Origin: Antedon mediterranea
Taxonomy: Eukaryota; Animalia; Echinodermata
Length of the DNA: 64,000 nt
Assembly: GCF_964355755.1 (NCBI RefSeq)
Contig: NC_092676.1
Coordinates: 15,146,871-15,210,870, forward strand
Reading direction: 5' to 3'
Below the pieces are notes generated by a model. That model did no database searches. It saw only the letters and a program-made list of their open reading frames with translations, and was not told the DNA's origin. Both the position numbers and the translations under genes were made by a program. This document shows, one piece after another, positions 53,430-64,000 of this stretch. Numbering within the stretch: the first letter of the stretch is position 1; each line of letters begins with the position of its first letter.

Positions 53430-56400
53430 TGAACTGAACTTTTATTGTATCTCTTTTAAATCAGAGGCACAGTCTCAATGAGATGTGCAACAAGTTTACA
53501 GTGAATAATACACACACACTTATATATACAACACAAATTAGACATAAGAACAAATTACAAAAAATATTAAGTAAATTGAGAAAGATTAAAAACTAAGAAA
53601 ATGTATAAGTTAAGTTTTAGAAGGAATTGTATTATATATATATCATTTCGTGTGTTCCATGCCATGTGGTCAGAAATATTTTACAATGTTTGTCGAAAAT
53701 ATTACTTGCTAATTCGTATTCATCATGGGTCAATTGAGTTGGTGTAATTTTAAATTCATTATGGATTACAAGGTCATCGAAGAATAAGTGGTATGTAAGA
53801 TCTAGTAGTAAACAATTCCCAGAACATGGATAGATTATTGTTGTTTAGTTCATCTTTAAGGTTCATGAGTAGGCCTATTGGTTGTCTTACGTACTCAAGT
53901 CCTTTGCATTCAAATACGAAATGATATTTCCTTTTCATTACAAATTACACAATAAACATATACCTACATTTTGAGGTGACCATGCTTCTTTTCTACCTTC
54001 AAGTGATAGTGAATTGGAGCCAATTTTAAATTTTAGGTTTGAAGCATGGTAATTACACTTTATTACCTAATAAGTATTTTTCTAGTTTTGGTTCATTTTT
54101 ATACCTTATATAATTGCTTATAGTCAGGTGGCTTAGCGACTAAAACGTTACACGGTGGACAAAAACACCAAATTTGGCATGAGGCTTCTTTTAGACGTAC
54201 TAATTGATTTTTGCCTAGGAGCCACCCGATCAGCTTCCGATTTTCCAAAATGGCGGCCAAAATCCAAAATGGCTGCCAGTAAATTGGTATATCATATATC
54301 TCTGGCTGTAAACGTTACAAATAGACAAATAATGTACTGAATCAAGAATTTCTGAGGTCAGTAAAACCGATTCAGGAAATATTATTTAAAGTGAGTTCCA
54401 AAATGGCGCCCAAAAATAAAAATGGTAGCCATTGAAATTGAAATACATATAATCGTATAGGCCTACAAAGTCACAAATAGTCCATTCCTAATGTAATTTA
54501 GTCTGCAAATCAGAAGGAAAGTGCAAGCATTGCATTTATGAATTGTTTAACCATGCTAGTTATAAAAACCCATATTATCAAATTTCTAAAGTTTTTCCTT
54601 GACCTTTGACCTCAATTTGAATATTTTAATCCAATTGAAAACAAAATAACCATATCTCCGCAACGCTTACATTAAATTAAATAATTTTAGTGTCAAATTC
54701 TTTGGAAGATGCATATTAATATTCATCCTAATGGAAACATTTGTCAAAAAATGGCCGGAAGTATAATTTTTGGTATTTTTGGCCTTTGACCTACATGTCA
54801 TATAACTTGGTAACTAAAAGTTGGACAAACTTTAAATAGGTCTCAAATTAATCAGAAGATGGATGTTTCTATTCAATCTAATACAAACTTTTCCAAGAAA
54901 ATGACCCAGATTCTTGTTATTGACTTTTGACCTGTACTGGTAATACACATTTCTATATCTCAAAAACTAGTGGTCGTAAAAGTTTTTTTATGAGAAATTG
55001 TTAGAAAAATATATATTTATATGTTTTATAATAAAACAGTTTCTATACAAAAATGTAAAAGAATCCTAATTATGATAACTAAATTTGTAATTTCTTAATA
55101 TCCAATAGTATTTGTTATGTATTAAAATGCGTTATATTTGCTGATTTTAGGCACTTAACGTAAATTTATCTGAACTATGGATATTTAATGTAAAAAAATT
55201 TTTTTTAATAAAAGAAAATGTAATTATCTATCAAATAAGACCATTTAAAAAATATTCTGACAAAAACTTAGTTAGTTACAGGTAAAAAAGTGTACTTTCA
55301 CTTATGTGAACAGCGCCCTAAATCTTTATTTTCCCAAAACTAACACATTTTATGTGGTTTCAGAAACTGAACTGGTTATAACTATTTTTTATGGATTTTT
55401 TTTAACAATTACTTGTAATTTACATACCACCTCTACCATTTACTACAGTTACTTCATTTACATTTACTTCTGCCGTCCACAGATACTGTATGTGATTTCC
55501 TAGTTTACTGGCAGCCATTTTGGATTTTTCCCACCATCTTTGCTACGAGTGACCTATATTATGTACCATGTCTAAAATATGTTTCAATGACCATGATTAG
55601 GCCTACTCCATGTTTTCCAACTTCGTTTGATACCTATATGCGATTTCTGCAACCAGAATGATATTCCAGTTTAGGCTACTGGCAGCCATGTTGGATTTTG
55701 GACACTATCTTAACAACGAATGACCCATGTCATGCAACATGTCTAAAATATGTTTCAATGACCATGAATACTTATGTTTTGATAGTTCATTTGCCTATAT
55801 GCGACTTCTGCAACAAATGAAATGTGATTTTCCAATTTATTGGCGGCCATTTTGGATTTTGGCCGCCATCTTGAAAAATAAATTACGACCAGAGTGGCTC
55901 CTAGGCAAAAATCAATTGGTAGGTCCCAACGAAGCTCCATGCAAAATTTGGCGCTTTTGTCCACTGTGTAACGATTTCCTCATTTTTTGTTGTTAAGCCA
56001 CCTGACTATTAGTGATGGTTTATTCTTAGCATTCTCGGGCCATTTCATCTTATCTCTTATATAGTGTTTTTTTCTTTGAAACCTTTAAGCCAATTATTAG
56101 CATATTGTAAGTTAAAATGTTTTTGTATATCACTGTTGGTCAAAATAGATTTTATATTTTGTAGCCAATTCCAATTTAAGGTGTTTTCAAGTGCAAAGAG
56201 CGCTCTTAGCAGAACTTTTGGTAAACGACCTTCGTCCATATTTTTCAATCTTTTGAAGTAAGATATTCCTCTATCTGATAGTATGGACTCAATCGATGGC
56301 CATCCAAGTTCACCATAAAGGGCTTCCTTTGCAACATACCTTGGTGCGTTTAAAAGATATTTAGCCATTATTTTGATATTGCATATTTTTTGGATAGATT

Positions 56401-58010
56401 TTTTGCTTTCACAACACCAAATACTGAATGCATAGGTTATACTTGGTATTCCAATGCCTTTCCAAAGTATATTACCATACATAATTCTATTGAAATCATT
56501 TTGTTCATTTATTATTGATTTTATATATGCAATAATTCTGTTTCCTTTTTTAATCGTTTCATCTATATGGCATGTATATTTTAAATGTCGTGATATGTGC
56601 ATGCCTAGGTATTTATACGTGTTGGCTTCGTCTATAAATTTATTAGCGATTGGCCATTTTCTATGTTTGTTAATGCGTTGGATGGTTACGATTACAAATG
56701 ATTTTTAAAAATTAAATACCATTTTAAATTTTGTTGCAAAATCGTTTGCTGCTTTCAATAAAGATTCTAGATCACTTTCACTATCTCCAATTAGGATTAT
56801 ATCGTCGGCCCAGAATAGGTTACCAATCTTTTTATCAAATATATTAATGCCTAAATCTCTGTCCTTAATAATTTTGTTAAGTTCATTTATGTATATATTA
56901 AATAGAATAGGAGAGAGTGGACAGCCTTGTTTGACACCTTCATCAATGTTGTCAGTTTTGTATTCACCAAAGAAGACTTTTCCTTTTATATTTTTATACA
57001 GATTTGTAATAATATTTAGAATTTTTCCATTTAATACCTATGTTTTTACATGCGTAAAACAACCCATCTCGCCAAACAGTGTCAAACGCTTTGCTGAAGT
57101 CAAATGCAAGTAATGTTATTTTCCCTTCCGCTTGGCGACAAGCAATTATACTTTTTAATATAAAAATATGGTCTTCACGCCTTTTATCTTTCCTAAACCC
57201 ACCCTGAACTTCCGATAACAAATTATGTTCTTCAATGAAGTTTGAAACTACTTGAGAAATAAGTTTATTTTTTAGATACAGTAGAGCTTAAGGTTATGCC
57301 TCTGTAATTACTTAACTCTTTGCGATCACCCTTTTTATGTGTATTGGTATAATCTTACCAATGTTCCATTCCTCGGGTATAGTTTCAAGTGTAGATAATT
57401 TCTTAAATAACTTATATAATTCTTCTACAATTTCTGAACCTCCATTTTTCAATAGCTCATTGGTTATTGAGTCATCACCAGGACTCATTATTTTTACATT
57501 TTGATATAGCATATTCGATATCTTCATGAGAGAAAATAAATTCTTCTGGTGAGTTATCACCAATGGGATATTGTAATAGAGGTTCATGATAAAGATTATG
57601 GTTAGTACTTAATTTATGTTAATTAATTAATACTACTAAAGTACGTTTTTAATGAGTCTTTAATACAATTCTATCAGTAGTAACATTTTTTGTTGTACCT
57701 GGAATAAATATAAAATTAGGCGTGACTACAGGTGTTTTATCTTTCAGCTCGGACCAAAAGTCTCTGCATTGAGACCCCCTTTATTCATAATTTCGGAACA
57801 TCTATATACTTTCTTTTGTAATATTTTTTGTTTTGTTAGTGATTTGCATTGTTTTCTTATTTCTTGGTACTCATCCCATAGAGAATCGCATCTTTTGTTT
57901 AAATGTATTAGTATTTTTGTTTTTTGGTAGATTCTTTGGGATCTACAAGCATCTTTCCTTTTTTTGATACAACTGTCAATTTCTTCATCATACCATACGA
58001 TTTTTATTAT
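53430..58010 (-). mobile_element. 5'-truncated, frameshifted non-LTR retrotransposon (LINE) with RT and C-terminal CCHC finger, split by a DNA element
   Basis: SPGDDSITNELLK..IPEEWNIGKIIPI, NYRGITL, QGGFRK..DHIFILKSI..FDFSKAFDTVWR, GVKQGCPLSPILFNIYINEL, FWADDI and YKYLG at 56040-57600. It resumes left of 54120 with EPKLEKYLL..CVICNEKE..HFVFECKGL. The 3' end is AATAAA plus (GTTCA)n near 53430. Clade not determined. Confidence 0.85.
54121..56008. mobile_element. Non-autonomous TIR DNA transposon, Academ-like
   Basis: Perfect 15-nt termini tagtcaggtggctta / taagccacctgacta, extended imperfect TIRs (~200 bp), TTA duplicated at 54118-54120 and 56009-56011. TAG termini with a 3-bp TSD fit Academ (inference). 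Confidence 0.8.
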
Positions 58011-58245
58011 TTTATTTCTTTATTATTATATAACTAATGTGGTTTAATATATTATACACAGAGGGATCTTTGATCGGATTGTGATACCGGCTATTGTATT
58101 TGCGTTAGCAAGATCCTATCATATAATATTATAAATAATTAAAGATTCTGACAAAATCAATCAATCAATATATCTTTTAAAAATCAATTATCTTTATTTA
58201 AATCAATGCATAACCTATAATTCGTCATAGTGACGATTTAAATCT
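58011..58245. repeat. ~235-bp direct repeat, left copy (flanks cyclin ORF)
   Basis: Highly similar to 61648-61888 (tattatacacagagggatctttgat.ggattgtgataccggctattgtattt ... ttcgtcatagtgacga). Confidence 0.9.
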
Positions 58246-58861
58246 TACTTAAACTTACTTATAATTCCTACCTGTACTCCTGAGCTTTATATCATATTAA
58301 TTTATTTTTTTTGTCATGCAATTCTTCCAACAATATATAATACGTACTTTTTATATATTAAATTATTTTTGATATTTTCAATCAATAAGTGGCCTACATC
58401 CTTGACAGCACAAATGTGTGGTATAGTGTGCGATTGTAACTATGATACAAGATGCGTGATGCTGTTAGCCATCTTGGTACCAGTTTGGTTACCAATGATG
58501 TTGACACCAGTCTACCACGATGAGGTAGCATCTCCGACTTCAGACTGGGATGTTTTTGTTTTGTTTTTTTGTTTTCTTTGTTTTTTTGTTTTTTTTTCCT
58601 TATCGAGTTAAAACTTATATTAACTTAAATAAGTTAAGATTATTGAACAAATTACTTTATTTACTATACAATAATATAGGCCTAAAACCTATTATATACG
58701 AAGTAAATAAGGGAAAATATATTACAATAAATTATTATTTTTTGTTTTTTTTTTAAATTATTTTTTACGATAAATAAACTTACGATAACATTTTTTAAAT
58801 TAAAATTTATTATTAAAATATAAACTCGTAATTTAAAAAAAAAAATCTTAATAACTCCTTT

Positions 58862-58975
58862 TTAGTCGCGTGGACGCGACTCTGTAGTTCACTATGTCGG
58901 TCGGTCGGTCTGTCGGTCTGTCGGTCCGGTATCACTATGCGTTTTAGCACGCGACTTATGGCTGTTGGCCTTGTT
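58862..58975 (+). mobile_element. Short Helentron/DINE-like non-autonomous element
   Basis: T-run, subTIR agtcgcgtg / cacgcgact, palindrome gtcgcgtggacgcgac, (gtcg/gtct)n microsatellite, 3' stem-loop ggctgttggcc, ttgtt end. Confidence 0.65.
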
Positions 58976-59398
58976 TTGTATTGCTTACTAACTAAAAACT
59001 TACATTAACTTAATCACCGGAATATTACTGAAACAAATTACTTATTAAAATTTTTAATCATTATTATCAATAATCTATTTTTAATTTATTATTGGTATTA
59101 TTAATATCCTCCTTTTAAAATCATTATAATGTTACAATAGCAATATTATTTTTATTTCACATTACTTATCTTACTTTGTTTTTCTTAAGTACAAGTGCTG
59201 CAGTAATCTACATTTTTAAAACGTTATTTTAGTACTTAGATATTGCACATCTTAGACTAATCAATTTAGTTTAACTTTTCTTTAATCAATTTAATCGTCT
59301 TAACATTCCTATAACTATATTCTAGATCTAATCCCTTAAATTGTTTTGTCTTAACGTAAATGGTTACTTAAATTATGTTTTAAATTATCTTAATTTGT

Positions 59399-61072
59399 TT
59401 AAGAACTATCGTCATTATTCTCAAAATAGAATGAGTCTTGTAATTCAAGTTTCTCAAGAATTGCGTTAATTATCAAGTAAGCTATTGCTGATGGCTTTAC
59501 TGTTGTAAGAGATATTTTATTTGTAATCAAATATTTGACAGATTCGTGTCTCACTCTTTCTATTCTACGTTTGTTGTTGTTGGTTGTAGCTTTACTGATA
59601 GCAATATCGCAATAAATGTGAACAAAATCAAGACAAGTGACACTATTGATATTAAAGTTTAATATCTGTAATATTTTATATTCTATTTGGGCAATTTTTT
59701 TAGGATTAAAGAAGCCAAGATTCCGGAGGCGGTCACAAGCATAAGGGATGATGTGTTTAGATTGGTATCGTTCAGCACATTTCAATGCAAGGCAAAATGA
59801 TGCAATTGCCAATTCCTCCAGATCTCCAAGTTTAATTGCGGTGTTATCACAGATTAGTACATTTTCTATAATTGTTAGGCTACGATGAACTATATCATAA
59901 TCGATTATGTATTCATAACGTATGAGTTCAGATCGAATATTACATAAAAATTCTACCATATGATCTTTGACTGATTGTGATTCAAAATGTGCCCATGGAT
60001 TTTCAGATATTTTTTCACGATTAATTAATGAATTAAAATATTCTTTATTATATTCAAGTTCAAAATTTTCATTTGAAATGTCGTTAGAATTGTTATCACC
60101 ACTACCTGAGAAATGAAACAAAACATCACCATTTCCTACTACTACAACAGTGCTACTATTACTACTACTAGACATTTCTCCTATGCTGCTACTAATGCAA
60201 CTGATGTTGCTACTGCCACTGCTGTTGCTATTAATACTACTAGTACTGTTACCACTACTACTGCTACTACTGCTATCGGGCATAGTGCTGCTGCTACTAC
60301 TACTACTAATACTATTATCAGCTTCACTGTTAATACTAATAATGATGTCACTATCACTACTCCTATCACTACTTATTATGATAGGCATATCATTTGTATT
60401 TGGAGACAACATTTGATCTTCACTAGGCCAACTACTACTATCACTATCACTGCTGCTACTAATAATGATGTCACTATCACTACTCCTATCACTACTTATT
60501 ATGATAGGCATATCATTTGTATTTGGAGACAACATTTGATCTTCACTAGGCCAACTACTACTATCACTATCACTGCTGCTACTAATAATGATGTCACTAT
60601 CACTACTCCTATCACTACTTATTATGATAGGCATATCATTTGTATTTGGAGACAACATTTGATCTTCACTAGGCCAACTACTACTATCACTATCACTGCT
60701 GCTATTAATAATAATGTCACTATCACTACTCCTATCACTACTTATTATGATAGGCATATCATTTGTATTTGGAGACAACATTTGGTCGTCACTAGTAGGC
60801 CTATTTAATTCATGATTAAAATGACAATAATTGATATCAGCTGATTTGTTTTCCGTTTTTATAAGTGTATCTAATTCATGTAACTTACAAATTGGGTTAA
60901 CATTAGCGTTTCTTCTGACATAAGGACACCCCCTGTTTCTAGGCCTAGCCCTTCTATTCCTCACCTGGAGGAACCTAGCATACTTAGCGGCTGGATACTC
61001 ATTTGATCTCACCGCATTCTGGGCTTCTTCTAAAGAAGTATTGTATCTTCTTTTAAATATCAACTTTGCCAT
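59399..61072 (-). CDS. Intronless divergent cyclin-fold protein (557 aa) with basic N-terminus and Ser/Asp-rich repeats
   Basis: Single uninterrupted ATG-to-TAA ORF. The C-terminal ~200 aa show cyclin-box signatures: ELAIASFCLALKCAE (compare LQLLAVACLFIAAKYEE), IAQIEYKILQILNFNINSVTCLDFVHIY (compare MERLILKVLDFDL..PT..DFL) and VKPSAIAY (compare PSLIAA). Confidence 0.75.
   Translation of the reverse strand: MAKLIFKRRYNTSLEEAQNAVRSNEYPAAKYARFLQVRNRRARPRNRGCPYVRRNANVNPICKLHELDTLIKTENKSADINYCHFNHELNRPTSDDQMLSPNTNDMPIIISSDRSSDSDIIINSSSDSDSSSWPSEDQMLSPNTNDMPIIISSDRSSDSDIIISSSSDSDSSSWPSEDQMLSPNTNDMPIIISSDRSSDSDIIISSSSDSDSSSWPSEDQMLSPNTNDMPIIISSDRSSDSDIIISINSEADNSISSSSSSSTMPDSSSSSSSGNSTSSINSNSSGSSNISCISSSIGEMSSSSNSSTVVVVGNGDVLFHFSGSGDNNSNDISNENFELEYNKEYFNSLINREKISENPWAHFESQSVKDHMVEFLCNIRSELIRYEYIIDYDIVHRSLTIIENVLICDNTAIKLGDLEELAIASFCLALKCAERYQSKHIIPYACDRLRNLGFFNPKKIAQIEYKILQILNFNINSVTCLDFVHIYCDIAISKATTNNNKRRIERVRHESVKYLITNKISLTTVKPSAIAYLIINAILEKLELQDSFYFENNDDSS
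60330..60800 (-). repeat. Coding 123-bp (41-aa) tandem repeat, ~3.8 copies, in the cyclin-like ORF
   Basis: cactaggcca recurs at 60421, 60544 and 60667. Peptide unit: PSEDQMLSPNTNDMPIIISSDRSSDSDIIISSSSDSDSSSW. Confidence 0.95.
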
Positions 61073-61647
61073 AGCAGATGATGTATGTATAGCAAACGTA
61101 ATAGGAAATAGATGTATAGTATTTCCAAACTGAATTGCACTGTAAAAGCTTTTTTATTTCGTTTTAATGAAGAACAATTTGAAATCACTGTTAATCGATT
61201 GAAAGAATTTTTCATTCTGACTTAAATTTGGAATAGTCGTTAGTTATTTTCGAATATTTGATGACGTAACAATGGTTGCGCTGTTCTATTGTAAGCGCGG
61301 TGAGCGCACTAACTAGCCAATTGAATACCACTATGTAATACTCTAGCTCTTGGAAACTATATCTCTTAAATGCGCGCACTACACATCGTCATCTCTCTCT
61401 GGCGTTCTTACTGGACAAACCAACATTTTTCTTTAAATGAACCAATAGTTCAACATTGGCTCATGTTGATATATTATTAGGTTATATGCATTATCGAGCA
61501 AATAACCTTATTGATTATGTCAGGATCTTTGTTTAATTTATTCTTTCTTTTTTATTGTCCGTCAATTATCTTGATATCAGTTTCATCTAGCTAGCTAAGT
61601 CAATTTTTCAGAGTATATTCCTTATACACATGATTATGTCTTATAAC

Positions 61648-61888
61648 TTTATGTCTTTATTATTATATAACAAAATGTGGTTTATGATATTATACACAGA
61701 GGGATCTTTGATTGGATTGTGATACCGGCTATTGTATTTTTTAGCAAGATCCTATCATATACCGGTAATATTATAAATAATTAAAGATTCTGACAAAATC
61801 AATCAATAAATTATCTTTTAAAAATCAATTATCTTTATTTAAATCAATGCATATGACCTATAATTCGTCATAGTGACGAATTAAATCT
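61648..61888. repeat. ~240-bp direct repeat, right copy (between cyclin ORF and integrase remnant)
   Basis: Same orientation as 58011-58245 with a few substitutions and indels. It ends with the hairpin aattcgtca-tag-tgacgaatt. Confidence 0.9.
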
Positions 61889-62836
61889 ATTTTTTTAAAT
61901 TTACTAAAATATTTTAATCTAGAAAATGAACTCACTTTGTCAATGAAAATGCCGTCTTAATATCTCTTATTTTGGATGTTTACGGTCCACCATCTTTTTT
62001 TCCAAAACCATTGACTCTGAAGTGTAACCTTATCACTTTCACTCTCTCTCTTCTCTCTCTTAAAAAAATGAAATTAAAAATGAATTTTGTATAAAAAAAT
62101 CAAACATAAATCAGTTAAAAATAAAAATACAAAACTTAAAAATAGTATGTTACATTGAACATACACTCATCGCGTTCTAATGGCCTTCAAACATAAATCA
62201 TCAAATTAAACATAAAACTCAAGAAACTGTGGCTGATTAGCTTAAAATCAAAATATCAAACTTAATCACTTAAAACTTTAAAGAAACAAATGTGTGTGTC
62301 CCGTTGACACAAACTTATCCACAATATATCGTTATCATCACAACTTTATCGATTTAAGCATTTATATTTACAGGTAATTACGATTTCAATCGGTCGGCAA
62401 ATTCGACTTTTGTACTCAATGTCAAAAAAATTACAATCAAAAGTACTAAGAAAATCTCCTGTTATTGTATATCAATTAATTAATGCTTGAGATTAACGAC
62501 TCAAAGGTTAAACAAAATATTTGTTACAAAATGATTGTCGTTCTTTTTAATATCTCAATATGTCGATCATCAAAATTCAAAGTTAATCTTTATCAAAAAA
62601 CTCGTTACAAAATCAATACTTAATCATAATTTTAATTCTCTTTTAACTGAAATCACATTATTATTAAACAAATCTCATCAAATACGTAGACTATGCTATC
62701 ATTTAGCAAATGTCGTAATTAAAAAAAATTTCTTGCAAAAAATTTAATCAGTAACTTGTTGCATTATACAAACGTTTTATGAATCGTTTTGGCGATCCAC
62801 TTATCGGTATCTGTTTATCATTAATAATCTCTTTAA

Positions 62837-63738
62837 TCAATTTATCTGTATCGTTATATCTGTCAATATTCCACCAAAATTTGCGATCATTAGATTCGTG
62901 TTTTGTTTTATCAGTTTGGCTGAAGTCGGTTTAGAATACGAAACTAAAACTTGGAAATGTCCTGCTTTAAATCTACCTCGGTTTAATGTCATATTTGAAT
63001 CATTAGATGCTGTCATAATTAGATTAGTTTGTTCCTTAATTTGTTCTTCTTTCATTTGGAATGGGGCTGCTAATCCCATGTTATTCTCTACACAGTCAAT
63101 GTAAGGTTGCAAGTTAAGGGGTTCTACTTTAGTTGGATGTGTAAAGGTATCGGATTGCAATTGGGCGGGTGTCCTATCATGTTCGTCTACAAATTCAACA
63201 TTGATTTCGTCATTTACTACATTAATGGTGTTTTGGATTTTCTCGTTATTATCATCAGTGGGTTCATTCAACAATTGTTTAAGTTTTTGTAGATGTGTAA
63301 AATGTTTGCGTTCTTTAGGCGTTCTCATAAAACAGGGTTTCAGTCTGTTATAATTGAATACGTCGCGAAGTATTTCTCCTTTAATCGTTGCTAGGATGTA
63401 GTGTGTTCTGTCCAGTACTTCATTACTAATGGTCCGACCCATTCTGCGGCGATTTTCTTTGAATTTGCCGTTAGTGATGATGATGTTGGCTTGTATAAAT
63501 ATACGAGTTGTCCTACTGAGTAAATTGGACTTTTTTCTAAGCGTTGGGAAATCTTTGAGTTTTGGACGTTTTGTTGTGTTCGCTGTAATTGTAGCATTGT
63601 CTGTGAAATGTTTTGAAATTTCTTCTTGAGATGTTCAAAGTATTCTTCATAGGAATGAGACAATCCTGAAATAGGGTTAAATGCTAATGAGGTCAAACTT
63701 GGAGGTTGGTGGCCAAAAACTAATTCGTAAGTGCACAT
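62837..63738 (-). mobile_element. Ty3/Gypsy-type pol remnant: integrase C-terminal (GPY/F-like) region, frameshifted and 5'-truncated
   Basis: Two overlapping ORFs join by a frameshift: YELVFGHQPP...YSVGQLVYLYKP...WVGPLV / NEVLDRTHYILATIKGEIL..VFNYNRLKP. This is the typical post-DDE integrase tail. No DDE core is visible upstream within the window. Confidence 0.75.
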
Positions 63739-64000
63739 TTTTTAAAGTAATATCTTTTTTCAATTTACAGACTTAGGCTAGATGCCTAGAAAAATAAACT
63801 TACTTTGTCAAAGAGTTGGAATCGAATATTCGATTCATGGAAGTTGAGTAATTAATTCCCTTTAACCATTATTATTAGATCACCACTCCCTAATTAAATA
63901 AAAGAGAAATTCTGTATTAAAAAAACGCTTTTTGATCATAATTAAAGAAGTGATTACACAAGTGCGGTACGATTCTAGGCCTATCTCCACTGTTGTTGCG

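Noticed and set aside
60113-60808. Thr-rich plus-strand ORF
   Set aside because: Antisense shadow of the Ser-rich repeats of the cyclin-like ORF.

Overview
AT-rich eukaryotic (metazoan, probably invertebrate) genomic DNA, not prokaryotic. It holds two spliced host genes arranged tail to tail. CABIN1 lies on + (37 in-window exons from 332 to 44855, first exons outside the window, frame intact across every junction I traced). SCNM1 lies on - (7 coding exons, 52593 to 45372). The introns carry decayed LINEs, MITEs, Helentron-like elements, a Harbinger-type TIR element enclosing a BEL/Pao fragment, and several minisatellites, three of which sit on or include functional splice sites. The right end has a LINE interrupted by an Academ-like element. 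Next comes an intact, intronless, divergent cyclin-fold ORF (59399-61072, -) bracketed by ~235-bp direct repeats, just downstream of a same-strand Gypsy-type integrase remnant. This possible retroelement-borne cyclin is the top candidate for a novel system. All family assignments come from motif recognition, not database searches.
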